The notes under the pieces: generated by a model | Database searches by the model: none | What the model was told of the DNA's origin: nothing | What the model saw: only the letters and a program-made list of their open reading frames with translations | Made by a program: the position numbers and the translations under genes | NCBI GenBank assembly: GCA_002269645.1 | Contig: NIVC01000677.1 | Coordinates: 62,001-126,000 of the forward strand | DNA from: Macrostomum lignano | Lineage: Eukaryota | DNA length: 64,000 nt | Direction of reading: 5' to 3' | Shown here: in pieces, positions 50,436-62,589 of the stretch | Numbering within the stretch: the stretch's first letter is position 1 | Layout: every line of letters begins with the position of its first letter

Positions 50436-52979
50436 TCCAATATACTAAAAATGAAAATCTTGCTTGCTTGTAATCGATTAGAGAAAAAATGGCTTAACCG
50501 ATTTTCATGAGACTTGCACTGTTCGATCAGAAATTTTCCCGTGACTGTACATGCATCGTGGCTAAGAAATTTCTCGATGCTAAAGGCATTAAATATTCGA
50601 AAAACATGCTTTTTCGCAAAGGTCAAGCAAACTTTTCGACTTGAAATGCATTGTAAGAATGCTAGAGAAAAAACTGACTGGTTGAATTCTGATTCTGAAA
50701 TAGATTGCATCATAACTGAATTGTAACTCCGACTTGAATTGAAAATGGAGTGTGGAAGCGTAGCACCAGACTTGATTTAAGTTGCGTAACCATATTGTTA
50801 ACTGATACTGACTGACTGAGAAATAATTGATTATGTCATAACTGCTTCGTGTGATTTACTCTATGCTTGGATTTTAAAGTGTTGAATTATATAAGTGCAA
50901 AATTTGATGTTATCAAAACGATGAGAGCTAGCCTAGAGGTGAACAAACTGAACTGCTAAATGCAGCGACGGTGGTTCGAATTTTCATAGAGTGGATTTTT
51001 TTTAATTAAAGCTTTTCAACGTCAGGAAAACTAAAAGACTTTTTAAAAAGAAGCGTCATGTAAAAATCATAAAAGCGTCATGTAAAAATCATAGAAGCGT
51101 CTTTTAAAAAAATCATAGAAGCGTCATGTAAACAATCATAGAAGCGTCATGTAAACAATCATAGAAGCGTCATGTAAACAATCATAGAAGCGTCATGCAA
51201 ACAATCATAGAAGCGTCATGTAAAAAATCATCGAAGCGTCATATAAACAATCATAGAAGCGTCATGTAAACAATCATTGAAGCGTCATGTAAAAATCATA
51301 AAAGCGTCATGAAAAAATCATAGAAGCGTCATTTAAAAAAATCATAGAAGCGTCATATAAACAATCATTGAAGCGTCATTTAAAAAATCATAGAAGCGTC
51401 ATATAAACAATCATAGAAGCGTCATGTAAACAATCATAGAAGCGTCATGTAAACAATCATAGAAGCGTCATGTAAACAATCATAGAAGCGTCATGTAAAC
51501 AATCATAAAAGCGTCATGTAAAAATAATAAAAGCGTCATGTAAAAAATCATAGAAGCGTCATGTAAAAATCATAGAAGCGTCATGTAAAAATCATAGAAG
51601 CGTCTTTTAAAAAAATCATAGAAGTGTCATGTAAAAAATCATAGAATCATAGAAAATCAATCATAGAAGCGTCATGTAAACAATCATAGAAGCGTCATGA
51701 AAAAATCATAGAAGCGTCATGCAAACAATCATAGAAGCGTCATGTAAACAATCATAGAAGCGTCATCAAAAGATCATAGAAGCCTCATATAAAAACTAAT
51801 GGAAGTGTCATTTGAGAAATCATAGAAGCGTCATGGAAGAATAAAAGAAGCGTCATGTCAGACATGAAAGAAGTGTCATGTAAAAATTAAAAGAAGCTAT
51901 TGTGCTGTGCTGGGGAGAATTACTAAGATGTCAAGGCTCACGGAGAATAACTGAGATTATGGGGAGGCGGTTTCTGAGATGCCAGAGAAGCAAAGTAGCA
52001 AACGTCAGAAGCTACTTCAAAGTACATGTAGTTTACTCAATTTTTTATTACATTCTTTGTTGGCTCGCTACGGGGGAGGGGGCGCTGATAGAAGAAGAGT
52101 CATGTAAAAAAGAGAAGAAGCACTATGTGTACATAAAAGAAGAGTCATGTCGAAGTTAAAAGATTCATTTGGCAATTGCTACGATGCCAAGGCTTGGAGG
52201 GAATCGCTATGGTGCTGTGATTCTTAAATAAGGAATCACTAAAATGTCAAGGCTTAGGGGAGAAGAATTGCTGAGATTCAAGGCTTTAGGTTGGGTTAAA
52301 GTTAGGTTTAGGTCAGGTTTGGGTTGAGGGTTAGATTTTAGCGGGTTTCAAGATTAACAGGGGATTTTTCAGATATCAATGTTTATGGGGGGCATCGCTA
52401 ACATGTCAAGGCTTACGGGGGGGAATAGCTGAGATGTCAAGGCTCACGGGGGAATAACCGAGATGTCAAGGCTAAATTCACAAGCTACATGTAGATGATG
52501 TAGTTTATTGAAAAATGTTTTTTATTATTTGTTGGCTCTTCACGGGAAGGATCGCTGATAGATAAAGTGTAATGTAAAAAATAAAAGAAGCTTCATGTCG
52601 AAGTTAAGAGATTCATTTGGGAATCCCTACGATGTCGAGGCTTGCAGGGAATCGCTATAATGCTGTAGTGCTATAATGACTCTCGGAGAGAATTACTGAA
52701 ATGTCAATGCTTTAAGGTTAGGGTTAGAGTTAGGGTTAGGGTTAGGGTTAGGTTTAGAAGGTTAACAGATTTTTTAAGATTTCAAGGCTTATGGGGGGAA
52801 TTGCTAAGATGTCAAGGGGGAGTTGATATGCTAAGGCTTGTGGGGGGGGAGGAATTGCTGGCATGTCAAGGCTTACAAGGGGTTGCTGAGGTATAATGCA
52901 AAGAGACGCTTATATGTAGTTTATTAAAAAAACTTGTGCTGTATTTTTTGGCTCCCCAACGGGGGGCGCTGATTGCTAG
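50436..52979 (+). mobile_element. Helitron-like family A copy
   Basis: A|TCCAATATACTAAAAATG; hairpin + CTAG at 52976-79; 23-bp array 51050-51860; TTAGGG tract ~52714-52755. Confidence 0.8.
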
Positions 52980-55144
52980 TCCAATATACTAAAAATGAGT
53001 TGTCTGTATGTGGGTAGGTATGCGATAGATTTCAGAAAAAATGGCTCAACCGATTTTCTTCATACTTTCACCATTTGATCAGAAATTTTCCTGGGACGGT
53101 ACATACATCTTGGCTAAAAAATTGCTCAATTTTAAAGGGATTAAATATTCGAAAAACCTGCTTTTTTGCAAAGGTCAAGCAGCTCTTTCGACCTAAAATT
53201 CATTGTAAGAATGCTAAAGAAAAAACTGACTGGCTGAATTCCGATTGTGATAAAGATTGCATCACAACAAGTTGAAAACAGTGCCGAAGAAATGCACACA
53301 CGACTTGATTTAAATTGCGTAACCAATATTGCTAACTCAAATTAAGACTGATACTGGCTGACTGAGAAATTGATTTTGTCATAACTTTTTACTTCAATTG
53401 ACTTGCTGAAAGAATTGAATTATAAGGGCCACAATTTATGTTCTCCAATTAAAAAGAGATAGCCAAGATGCGAACAGACTGGAATGCTAATGTAGCGACC
53501 TCGGTTCGAATCTTAGTAGTGCAAAAAGATTTTTTTATCAAAACACCTTAAAAACACAACAAAACTGCTAAACATAATAGAAGCGCAATGTCAAACATAG
53601 AAGAGCCACCATGTCGAACATTAAAGAGCCACCATCTCAAACATATATGTGACTTTATGTCAAACTTTAAAGAGCCACCATTTCGAACATTAAATAGCCA
53701 CTTTGTCAAACATTAAATAGCCACCAGGTTAAACATTAAAGAGCCACCATGTCAAACAATAAAGAGCCACCATGTCAAACATAGAAGAGCCACCATGTCA
53801 AACATAAAAGAGCCACCAGGTCAGACATTAAAAAGCCACCGTATCAAACATAAAAGAGTTACCATGTAGAACATTAAAGAGCCACCATTTCACACAGTAA
53901 AGAGCCACCATGTCAAACAGAAAAGAGCCACCATGTCAAACCATAAAGAGCCACTTTGTCTAACATTAAAGAGCCACCATGTCAAATATAAAAGAGCCAC
54001 CATTTCGAACATTAAAGAGCCACAATTTCGAACATTAAAGAGCCACCATTTCAAACAGTAAAGAGCCACCATGTCAAACATAAAAGAGCCACCATGTCAA
54101 ACATTAAAAAGCCACTTTGTCTAACATAGAAGAGCCACCATGTCAGACATTGAAAAGCCACCGTATCAAACATAAAAGAGCCACCATGTCAACATAAAAG
54201 AGCCACCATGTCAACATAAAAGAGCCACCATGTCGACATAAAAGAGCCACCATGTCAAACATAAAAGATACACAATTTCAAACGTAAAAGGAAGCGAATT
54301 TTAAAGGAGCCACTACAATGCTAAGGAAATTGTCGCACTAGCTACTTATTGTCTGGTAGATGCTTGCTATTTGGGGATGCTATCTATCTGGGGGATGCTT
54401 GCTCTCTGGGGGATGCTTGCTATTTGGGGATGCTATCTATCTGGGGGATGCTTGCTCTCTGGAAGATGCTTGCTATCTGGGGGATGCTTGCTCTCTGGAA
54501 GATGCTTGCTATCTGGGGGATGCTTGCTATCTGGGGGAAGTTTGTTATCTGGGGGGTGCTTGCTATCTGGGGGATGCTTGCTATCTGGGGGATGCTTGCT
54601 ATCTGGGGGGTGCTTGCTACCTTGGGGATGTTTGCTATCTGGGGGATGCTTGCTATTTGGGGGAAGCTTGTTATCTGGGGGAAGCTTGTTATCTGGGGGG
54701 TGCTTGCTATCTGGGGAATGCTTGCTATCTGGGGGATGCTTGCTATCTGGGGGGTGCTTGCTACCTTGGGGATGTTTGCTATCTGGGGGATGCTTGCTAT
54801 TTGGGGGAAGCTTGTTATCTGGGGGGTGCTTGCTATCTGGGGGATGCTTGCTTTCTGGGGGGTGCTTGCTATCTGGGGGATGCTTGCTATCTGGGGGATG
54901 CTTGCTATCTGGGGGATGCTTACTATCTGGGGGATGCTTGCTATCCGGGGGATGCTTGCAATCTGGGAGATGCTTGCTATCTGGGGGATGCTTGCTGTCT
55001 TGGGATGATTTCTTTTTGCATTGCACTTCATTTAAGTATTTTGTCTGTTTTCTTTATGAATGCTTTATTTGGCTATCTTTTTGTTACTTGTAGAGAGCAG
55101 AGATTCTATACAGATGTCCCCCAACGGGGGGCGAAGATTGCTAG
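52980..55144 (+). mobile_element. Helitron-like family B copy 1
   Basis: TC at 52980 directly after CTAG; 23-bp array 53575-54268; 18-bp array 54355-55003; CTAG at 55141-44. Confidence 0.8.
54355..55003. repeat. 18-bp minisatellite (ATCTGGGGGATGCTTGCT), ~36 units
   Basis: Direct reading; 6-aa periodic pseudo-ORFs (LGDACY); ~9 units at 57830-57990 and ~3 units at 18211-18265. Confidence 0.95.
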
Positions 55145-58138
55145 TCCTATATACTAAAAATGAGTTGTCTGTATGTATGTATGTGGGTAGGTATGCGATA
55201 GATTTCAGAAAAAATGGCTCAACCGATTTTCTTCAAACTTGCACCATTTGATCAGAAATTTTCCTGGGACGGTACATGCATCTTGGCTAAGAAATTGCTC
55301 AATTTGAAAGGGATTAAATATTCGAAAAACATGCTTTTTTGCAAAGGTCAAGCCAAATTTTCGAGTTGAAATGCATTGTAACAATGATAGAGAAAAAACT
55401 GACTGGCTGAATTCCGATTGTGATAAAGATTGCATCACAACAAGTTGAAAACAGTGTCGAAGAAATGCACACACGACTTGATTTAAATTGCGTAACCAAT
55501 ATTGCTAACTTAAATTGGGACTGATACTGGCTGACTGAGAAATTGATTATGTCATAACTTTTTACTCTAACCAACTTGCTGTAAGAATTGAATTATAAGG
55601 GCCACAATTCACGTTCTCCTACTAGAAAGAGATAGCCCAGATGCGAACAGACTGGAATGCGAATGTAGCGACCTGGGTTCGAATCTTAGTAGTGCAAAAT
55701 TTTTTTATTAAAACACCTTTTAAACACACAAAACTGCTAAACATAAAAGAAGCGCAATGTCAAACATAGAAGAGCAACCATGTCGAATATTAAAGAGCCA
55801 CCATATCGAACATAAAAGAGCTACCATGTCAAACATTTAAGAGCCACCATGTCAAACATTTAAGAGCCACCATGTCAAACATTTAAGAGCCACCATGTCA
55901 AACATAAAAGAGCCACCATGTCGAACATAAAAAGAGCACCATGTCAAACATTAAAGAGCCACCATGTCAAAACATAAAAGTGCGACCATGTCAAACCTAA
56001 AAGAGCCACCATGTCGAACATTAAAGAGCCACCATGAAGAACATAAAAGAGCCACCGTATCATACATAAAAGAGTTACCATGTAGAACAAAAAAGAGCCA
56101 CCATGTCAAACATAAAAGAGCCACCATGAAGAACATTAAAGAGCCACCATGTCAAACATTTAAGAGCCACCATGTCAAACATATAAGTGACTTTATGTCA
56201 AACATTAAAGAGCCACCATGTCGAACATTAAAGAGCCACAATGAAGAACATAAAAGAGCCACCGTATCATACATAAAAGAGTTACCATGTAGAACAAAAG
56301 AGAGCCACCATGTCAAACATAAAAGAGCCACCATGAAGAACATTAAAGAGCCACCATGTCAAACATTTAAAAACCACCATGTCAAACATATATGTGACTT
56401 TATGTTAAACATTAAATAGCCACCATTTCGAACATTAAAGATCCACCATGTCGAACATAAAAGAGCTACCATGTAAAACATTTAAGAGCCACCATGTCAA
56501 ACATAAAAGAGCCACCATGTCAAACATATATGTGACTTTATGTCAAGAATTAAAGAGCCACCATATCGAACATAAAAGAGCTACCATGTAAAACATTTAA
56601 GAGCCACCATGTCAAACATAAAAGAGCTACCATGAAGAACATTAAAAAGCCACCATGTCAAACATAAAAGAGCCACCATGTCAAACATATATGTGACTTT
56701 ATGTCAAGAATTAAAGAGCCACCATATCGAACATTAAAGAGCCACCATGTCAAACATTAAAGAGCCACCATGTCGAATATTAAAGAGCCACCATGAAGAA
56801 CATAAAAGAGCCACCATGTCAAAACATAAAAGTGCGACCATGTCAAACATAAAAAAGCCACCATGTCAAACATAAAAGAGCCACCATGTCAAACATTGAA
56901 AAGCCACTGTATCAAACGTAGAGTTACCATGTAGAACAAAAAAGAGCCACCATGTTGAAAATAAAAGAGCTACCATGAAGAACATAAAGAGCCACCATGT
57001 CAAACATATATGTGACTTTATGTCAAACATTAAAGAGCCACCATGTCGAACATAAAAGAGCCAACATGTCGAACATAAAAGAGCCACCATGTCGAACATA
57101 AAAGAGCCACCATGTCAAACATAAAAGAGCCACCATGTCGAACATAAAAGAGCCACCATGTCGAACATAAAAGAGCCACCATGTGAACCATAAAAGAGCC
57201 ATCATGTCAAACCTAAAAGGCCACCATGTCGAACATTTAAGAGCCACCATGTCAAAAATATAAGTGACTTTATGTCAAACATATAAGTGACTTTATGTCA
57301 AACATTAAAGAGCCACCATGGCAAACATTAAAGAGCCACCATGTCAAACACAAAAGAGCCACCATGTCAAACATAAAAGAGCCACCATTTCGAACATAAA
57401 AGAGCCACCATTTCGAACATAAAAGAGCCACCATGAAGAACATTAAAGAGCCACCATGTCAAACATTAAAGAGCCACCATTTTGAACATTAAAGAGCCAC
57501 CACTTGGAACATTAAAGAGCCACCATGTCAAACATAAAAGTGCCACCACGTCAAACATAAAAGTGCCACCATGTCAAACATTAAAAAGCCACTTTGTCAA
57601 ACATAGAAGAGCCACCATGTCAAACAAAGAAGAGACACCATGTCAGACATTGAAAAGCCACCGTATCAAACATAAAAAAGTTACCATGTAGAACATAAAA
57701 GAGCCACCATGTCAACATTAAAGAGCCACCAAGTCAAACATAAAATATACACAATTTCAAACGTAAAAGTAAGCGAATTTTAAAGGAGCCGCTATAATGC
57801 TAAGGAAATTGTCGCACTAGCTACTTTTGTCTGGTGGATGCTTGCTATCTGGTGGATGCTTGCTATCTGGGGGATGCTTGCTATCTGGGGGATGCTTGCT
57901 ATCCGGGGGATGCTTGCTATCCGGGGGATGCTTGCAATCCGGGGGATGCTTGCAATCTGGGGGATGCTTGCAATCTGGGGGAAACTTGCTGTCTTGGGAT
58001 GATTTCTTTTTGCATTGCACTTCATTTGAGTATTTTGTCTGTTTTCTTTGTGAACGCTTTATTTCGCTATCTTTTTGTTACTTGTAGAGAACAGAAATTC
58101 TATACAGATGTCCCCCAACGGGGGGCGAAGATTGCTAG
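55145..58138 (+). mobile_element. Helitron-like family B copy 2
   Basis: TC at 55145 directly after CTAG; 23-bp array 55740-57745; 18-bp array 57830-57990; CTAG at 58135-38. Confidence 0.8.
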
Positions 58139-61100
58139 TCCTATATACTAAAAATGAAAATCTTGCTTGCTTGCTTGATTGTAATCGATTAGAGAAAAAA
58201 TGGCTTAACCGATTTTCATGAGACTTGCACTGTTCGATCAGAAATTTTCCCGTGACGGTACATGCATCTTGGCTAAGAAATTGCTCCATGTTAAAGGGAT
58301 TAAATATTCGAAAAACATGCTTTTTTGCAAAGGTCAAGCAATCTTTTCGACTTGAAATGCATTGTAAGAATGCTAGAGAAAAAACTGACTCGTTGAATTC
58401 TGATTCTGAAATAGATTGCATCATAACTGAATTGTAACTCCAACTTGAATTTCGTCACAGTATTGAAAATGCAGTGTGGAAGCGTAGCACCAGACTTGAT
58501 TTAGATTGCGTAACCATATTGTCAACTTTAATTGAGACTGATACTTAAGTGCTACAATTTCATTTATAAATTCGATAATAGCTAGCCTAGATGTGAACAG
58601 ACTGGACTGCAAATGCAGCGACCTGGGTTCGAATCTTAGTAGTGAAAAGTTTTTTTATTAAAAGCTTTTATTAAAGGACAAATAAAGGACAAAAGGCGTC
58701 ATGTAAAAAAGCATAGAAGCGTCATGTAAAAAATCATGGAAGCGTCATGTAAAAAATCATAGAAGCGTCATGTAAAAAAATCATAGAAGCGTCATGTAAA
58801 CAATCATAGAATCGTCATGTAAACAATCATAGAAGCGTCATGTAAAAAATAATAGAAGCGTCATGTAAAAAATCATAGAAGCGTCATGTAAACAATCATA
58901 GAAGCGTCATGTAAACAATCATAGAAGCGTCATGTAAAAAATCATAGAAGCGTCATGTAAACAATCATAGAATCGTCATGTAAAAAATCATAGAAGCGTC
59001 ATGTAAAAAAATCATAGAAGCGTCATGTAAACAATCATAGAATCGTCATGTAAACAATCATAGAAGCGTCATGTAAAAAATAATAGAAGCGCATTGTAAA
59101 AAATCATAAAAGCGTCATGTAAACAATCATAGAAGCGTCATGTAAAAAATTATAGAAGCGTCATGTAAACAATCATAGAATCGTCATGTAAACAATCATG
59201 GAAGCGTCATGTAAAAAATCATAGAAGCGTCATGTAAACAATCATAGAATCGTCATGTAAAAAATCATTGAAGCGTCATGTAAAAAATCATAGAAGCGTC
59301 ATGTAAAAAATCATAGAAGCGTCATGTAAAAAATCATAGAAGCGTCATGTAAAAAAATCATAGAAGCGTCATGTAAACAATCATAGAATCGTCATGTAAA
59401 CAATCATAGAAGCGTCATGTAAAAAATAATAGAAGCGCATTGTAAAAAATCATAGAAGCGTCATGTAAACAATCATAGAATCGTCATGTAAACAATCATA
59501 GAATCGTCATGTAAACAATCATAGAAGCGTCATGTAAACAATCATAGAATCGTCATGTAAACAATCATAGAAGCGTCATGTAAAAAATAATAGAAGCGCA
59601 TTGTAAAAAATCATAGAAGCGTCATGTAAAAAATCATAGAAGCGTCATGGAAGAATAAAAGAAGCGTCATGTAAAAATCAAAAGAAGCGTCATGTCAGAC
59701 ATGAAAGAAGTGTAATGTAAAAATTAAATGAAGCTGTGCTGTGCTGGGGAGACTTACTAAGATGTCAAGGCTCACGGAGAATAACTGAGATTACGGGGGG
59801 GTTTCTGAGATGTCAAAGCAATAGTCAGAAGCTAATTCAAAGTACATGTACTTTACTCAATTTTTTTATTACATTCTTTGTTGGCTCGCCACGGGGGGGA
59901 GGCGCTGATAGAAGAAGAGTCATGTAAAAAAGAAAAGAAGCACTATGTATACATAAAAGAAGATTCATGTCGAAGTTAAAAGATTCATTTGGGAATTGCT
60001 ACGATGTCAAGGCTTGGAGGGAATCGCTATAGTGCTGTGATTCTTGAAGAAAGAATCACTAAATTGTCAAGGCTTAGGGGAGAAGAATTGCTGAGATTTC
60101 AAGGCTTTTATAGGTTGGGTTAAAGTTAGGTTTAGGTCAGGTTTGGGTTGAGGGTTAGATTTTAGCGGGTTTCAAAGTTAACAGGGGATTTTTCAGATAT
60201 CAAGGTTTATGGGGGGCATTGCTGACATTTCAAGGCTTATGGGGGGAATAGCTGAGATGTCAAGGCTCATGGGGGAATAAATGAGATGTCAAGGCTAAAG
60301 TCAGAAGCTACATGTAGTCTATTAAAAAGTTATTTTTCATTATTTGTTGGCTCCTCACGGGAGGGATCGCTGATAAAAAAAGTGTAATGTAAAAAATAAG
60401 AAGCTTCATGTCGAAAATAAGAGATTCATTTGGGAATCCCTACGATGTCGAGGCTTGCAGGGAATCGCTATAATGCTGTAGTGCTATAATGACTGTTGGA
60501 GAGAATTACTGAAATGTCAATGCTTTAGGGTTAGGGTTAGGGTTAGGGTTAGGGTAAGGTTAGGGTTAGAAGTTTGACAGATTTTTTTTAGATTTCAAGG
60601 CTTATTGGGGGCATTGCTGAAATGTCAAGGGGGAAGTTGATATGTTAAAGCTTGTGGGGGGGGGAATTACTGACATGTCAAGGCTTACAAGGGGCTTCTG
60701 ATATATATTGCAAAAAGATTCTACATGTACTTTATTACAAAACTTGTACTGCATTTTTGGCTCCCCGACGCTAAGATATACTAAGCTAAAAAATACTACT
60801 AGCGCTTTACAAACTTATGCAGATGTCAGGCTGTAGGGTTAGTGTTCGGTTGGTATTATGGTTTAGGTTTAGGGTTAGGTTCAGGGTTATTGCGTTAAGA
60901 TTCGTGTTAGGGTTAGGGTTAGAGTAGTTTATAACTTTAGCTCATGTAGCTTATTAAAAATGTTTATCATGGAAGCATGATGCAAAAATAATGGAAGCGT
61001 CATGTAAAAATTATAGAAGCATCATGCAACAACCCATGGACAAAATATTGAATTTAGGGTTTTGGTTAGGGTTAGGGTTAGTGTTAAAAGTTTGACAGGA

Positions 61101-61190
61101 GATTTCTTAAGATTTCAAGACTACATGTAGCTTATTAAAAAATGTGTATTGCATTTCTTTGGCTCCCCAACGGGGGGCGTAGATTGCTAG
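58139..61190 (+). mobile_element. Helitron-like family A copy with extended 3' end
   Basis: TC at 58139; 23-bp array 58695-59700; TTAGGG tract ~60525-60569; broken terminator ~60757-60772; final hairpin + CTAG at 61187-90 followed by T. Confidence 0.8.
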
Positions 61191-61507
61191 TCTATGATTC
61201 TAAAATCCGATTTGAGAACAATCATCAGAACTGAAGCAGTCTAGCTAATATCTGCATCTATAACAGTCTACATGTACGCTCGTAGATTGAGCGTAGTTAA
61301 CATGTAGAACAGTAACAATTACCACACAGAAATAATAAATTTCGAAGGTCTACATGTACTATAACTGCAAAAATTACAAATAAGTAGCTGGATGTACTTT
61401 AGTTAACAAAATAAAAGATGATAACAATAATTTTAAAAATATCGTCGAAACAAACATATCAATCACTTTCATAAGCTTCACATCTCGTCAAAATCGTCGA
61501 ATTCGAA

Positions 61508-62126
61508 GGTGCTAAAGCCCCTTGGTGCTAAAGCCCCTTGGTGCTAAAGCTCCTTGGTGCTAAAGCCCCTTGGTGCTAAAGCCCCTTGGTGCTAAAGCCC
61601 CTTGGTGCTAAAGCCCCTTGGTGCTAAAGCCCCTTGGTGCTAAAGCCCCTTGGTGCTAAAGCCCCTTGGTGCTAAAGCCCCTTGGTGCTAAAGCCCCTTG
61701 GTGCTAAAGCCCCTTGGTGCTAAAGCCCCTTGGTGCTAAAGCCCCTTGGTGCTAAAGCCCCTTGGTGCTAAAGCCCCTTGGTGCTAAAGCCCCTTGGTGC
61801 TAAAGCCCCTTGGTGCTAAAGCCCCTTGGTGCTAAAGCCCCTTGGTGCTAAAGCCCCTTGGTGCTAAAGCCCCTTGGTGCTAAAGCCCCTTGGTGCTAAA
61901 GCCCCTTGGTGCTAAAGCCCCTTGGTGCTAAAGCCCCTTGGTGCTAAAGCCCCTTGGTGCTAAAGCCCCTTGGTGCTAAAGCCCCTTGGTGCTAAAGCCC
62001 CTTGGTGCTAAAGCCCCTTGGTGCTAAAGCCCCTTGGTGCTAAAGCCCCTTGGTGCTAAAGCCCCTTGGTGCTAAAGCCCCTTGGTGCTAAAGCCCCTTG
62101 GTGCTAAAGCCCCTTGGTGCTAAAGC
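61508..62126. repeat. Near-perfect 16-bp minisatellite (GGTGCTAAAGCCCCTT), ~38 units
   Basis: Direct reading; a single variant unit near 61545. Confidence 0.97.
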
Positions 62127-62508
62127 ACTCGACGTCCTACTAAAGCACTCGAAATAAAGAAACTTTGCAACACCCCTGAACAAATTTGTCAGTTATATAC
62201 TCGTAGATTACACCTGGCCCAGAAAGCCTGACTCACATAGATTGAGTATTAGGATGCCGAAAATCCAGGCTTGAATCGAACCGCTTTTAACGAGATAATG
62301 CAGAAGTTTATTTATTTTTGCATTACCAACTATCTAATTGTCATCACTGCTAGCTAATAATTAAAGTATACTTTTACAATTGAAGAATGCCTGTGAGTTG
62401 TCTGTGAGTTGTCGCTTCATATTGTGTCAACTGGTGCTTCATGGTGCTCAGAAAGAAATCCTCCTCGTGTCGCTTGAAACAGCGCGTGTTTCCGTTATTT
62501 ATCTCTCT

Positions 62509-62512
<4 letters not shown>

Positions 62513-62587
<75 letters not shown>
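62513..62587. repeat. (CT)n microsatellite
   Basis: Direct reading. Confidence 0.95.
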
Positions 62588-62589
62588 CG

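Noticed and set aside
54349-55157. Cys/Gly-rich and hydrophobic ORFs (LGDACY, WGMLAI repeats)
   Set aside because: Translations of the 18-bp array in five frames.
60525-60569. True telomere or chromosome end
   Set aside because: Short, degenerate, internal, and at the same position in three element copies.
40814-61190. Autonomous Helitron (Rep/PIF1 helicase) or MITE with long TIRs
   Set aside because: No HUH or helicase motifs in any supplied ORF; the apparent long inverted repeats are separate elements on opposite strands, each with its own TC/CTAG ends and no TSD.
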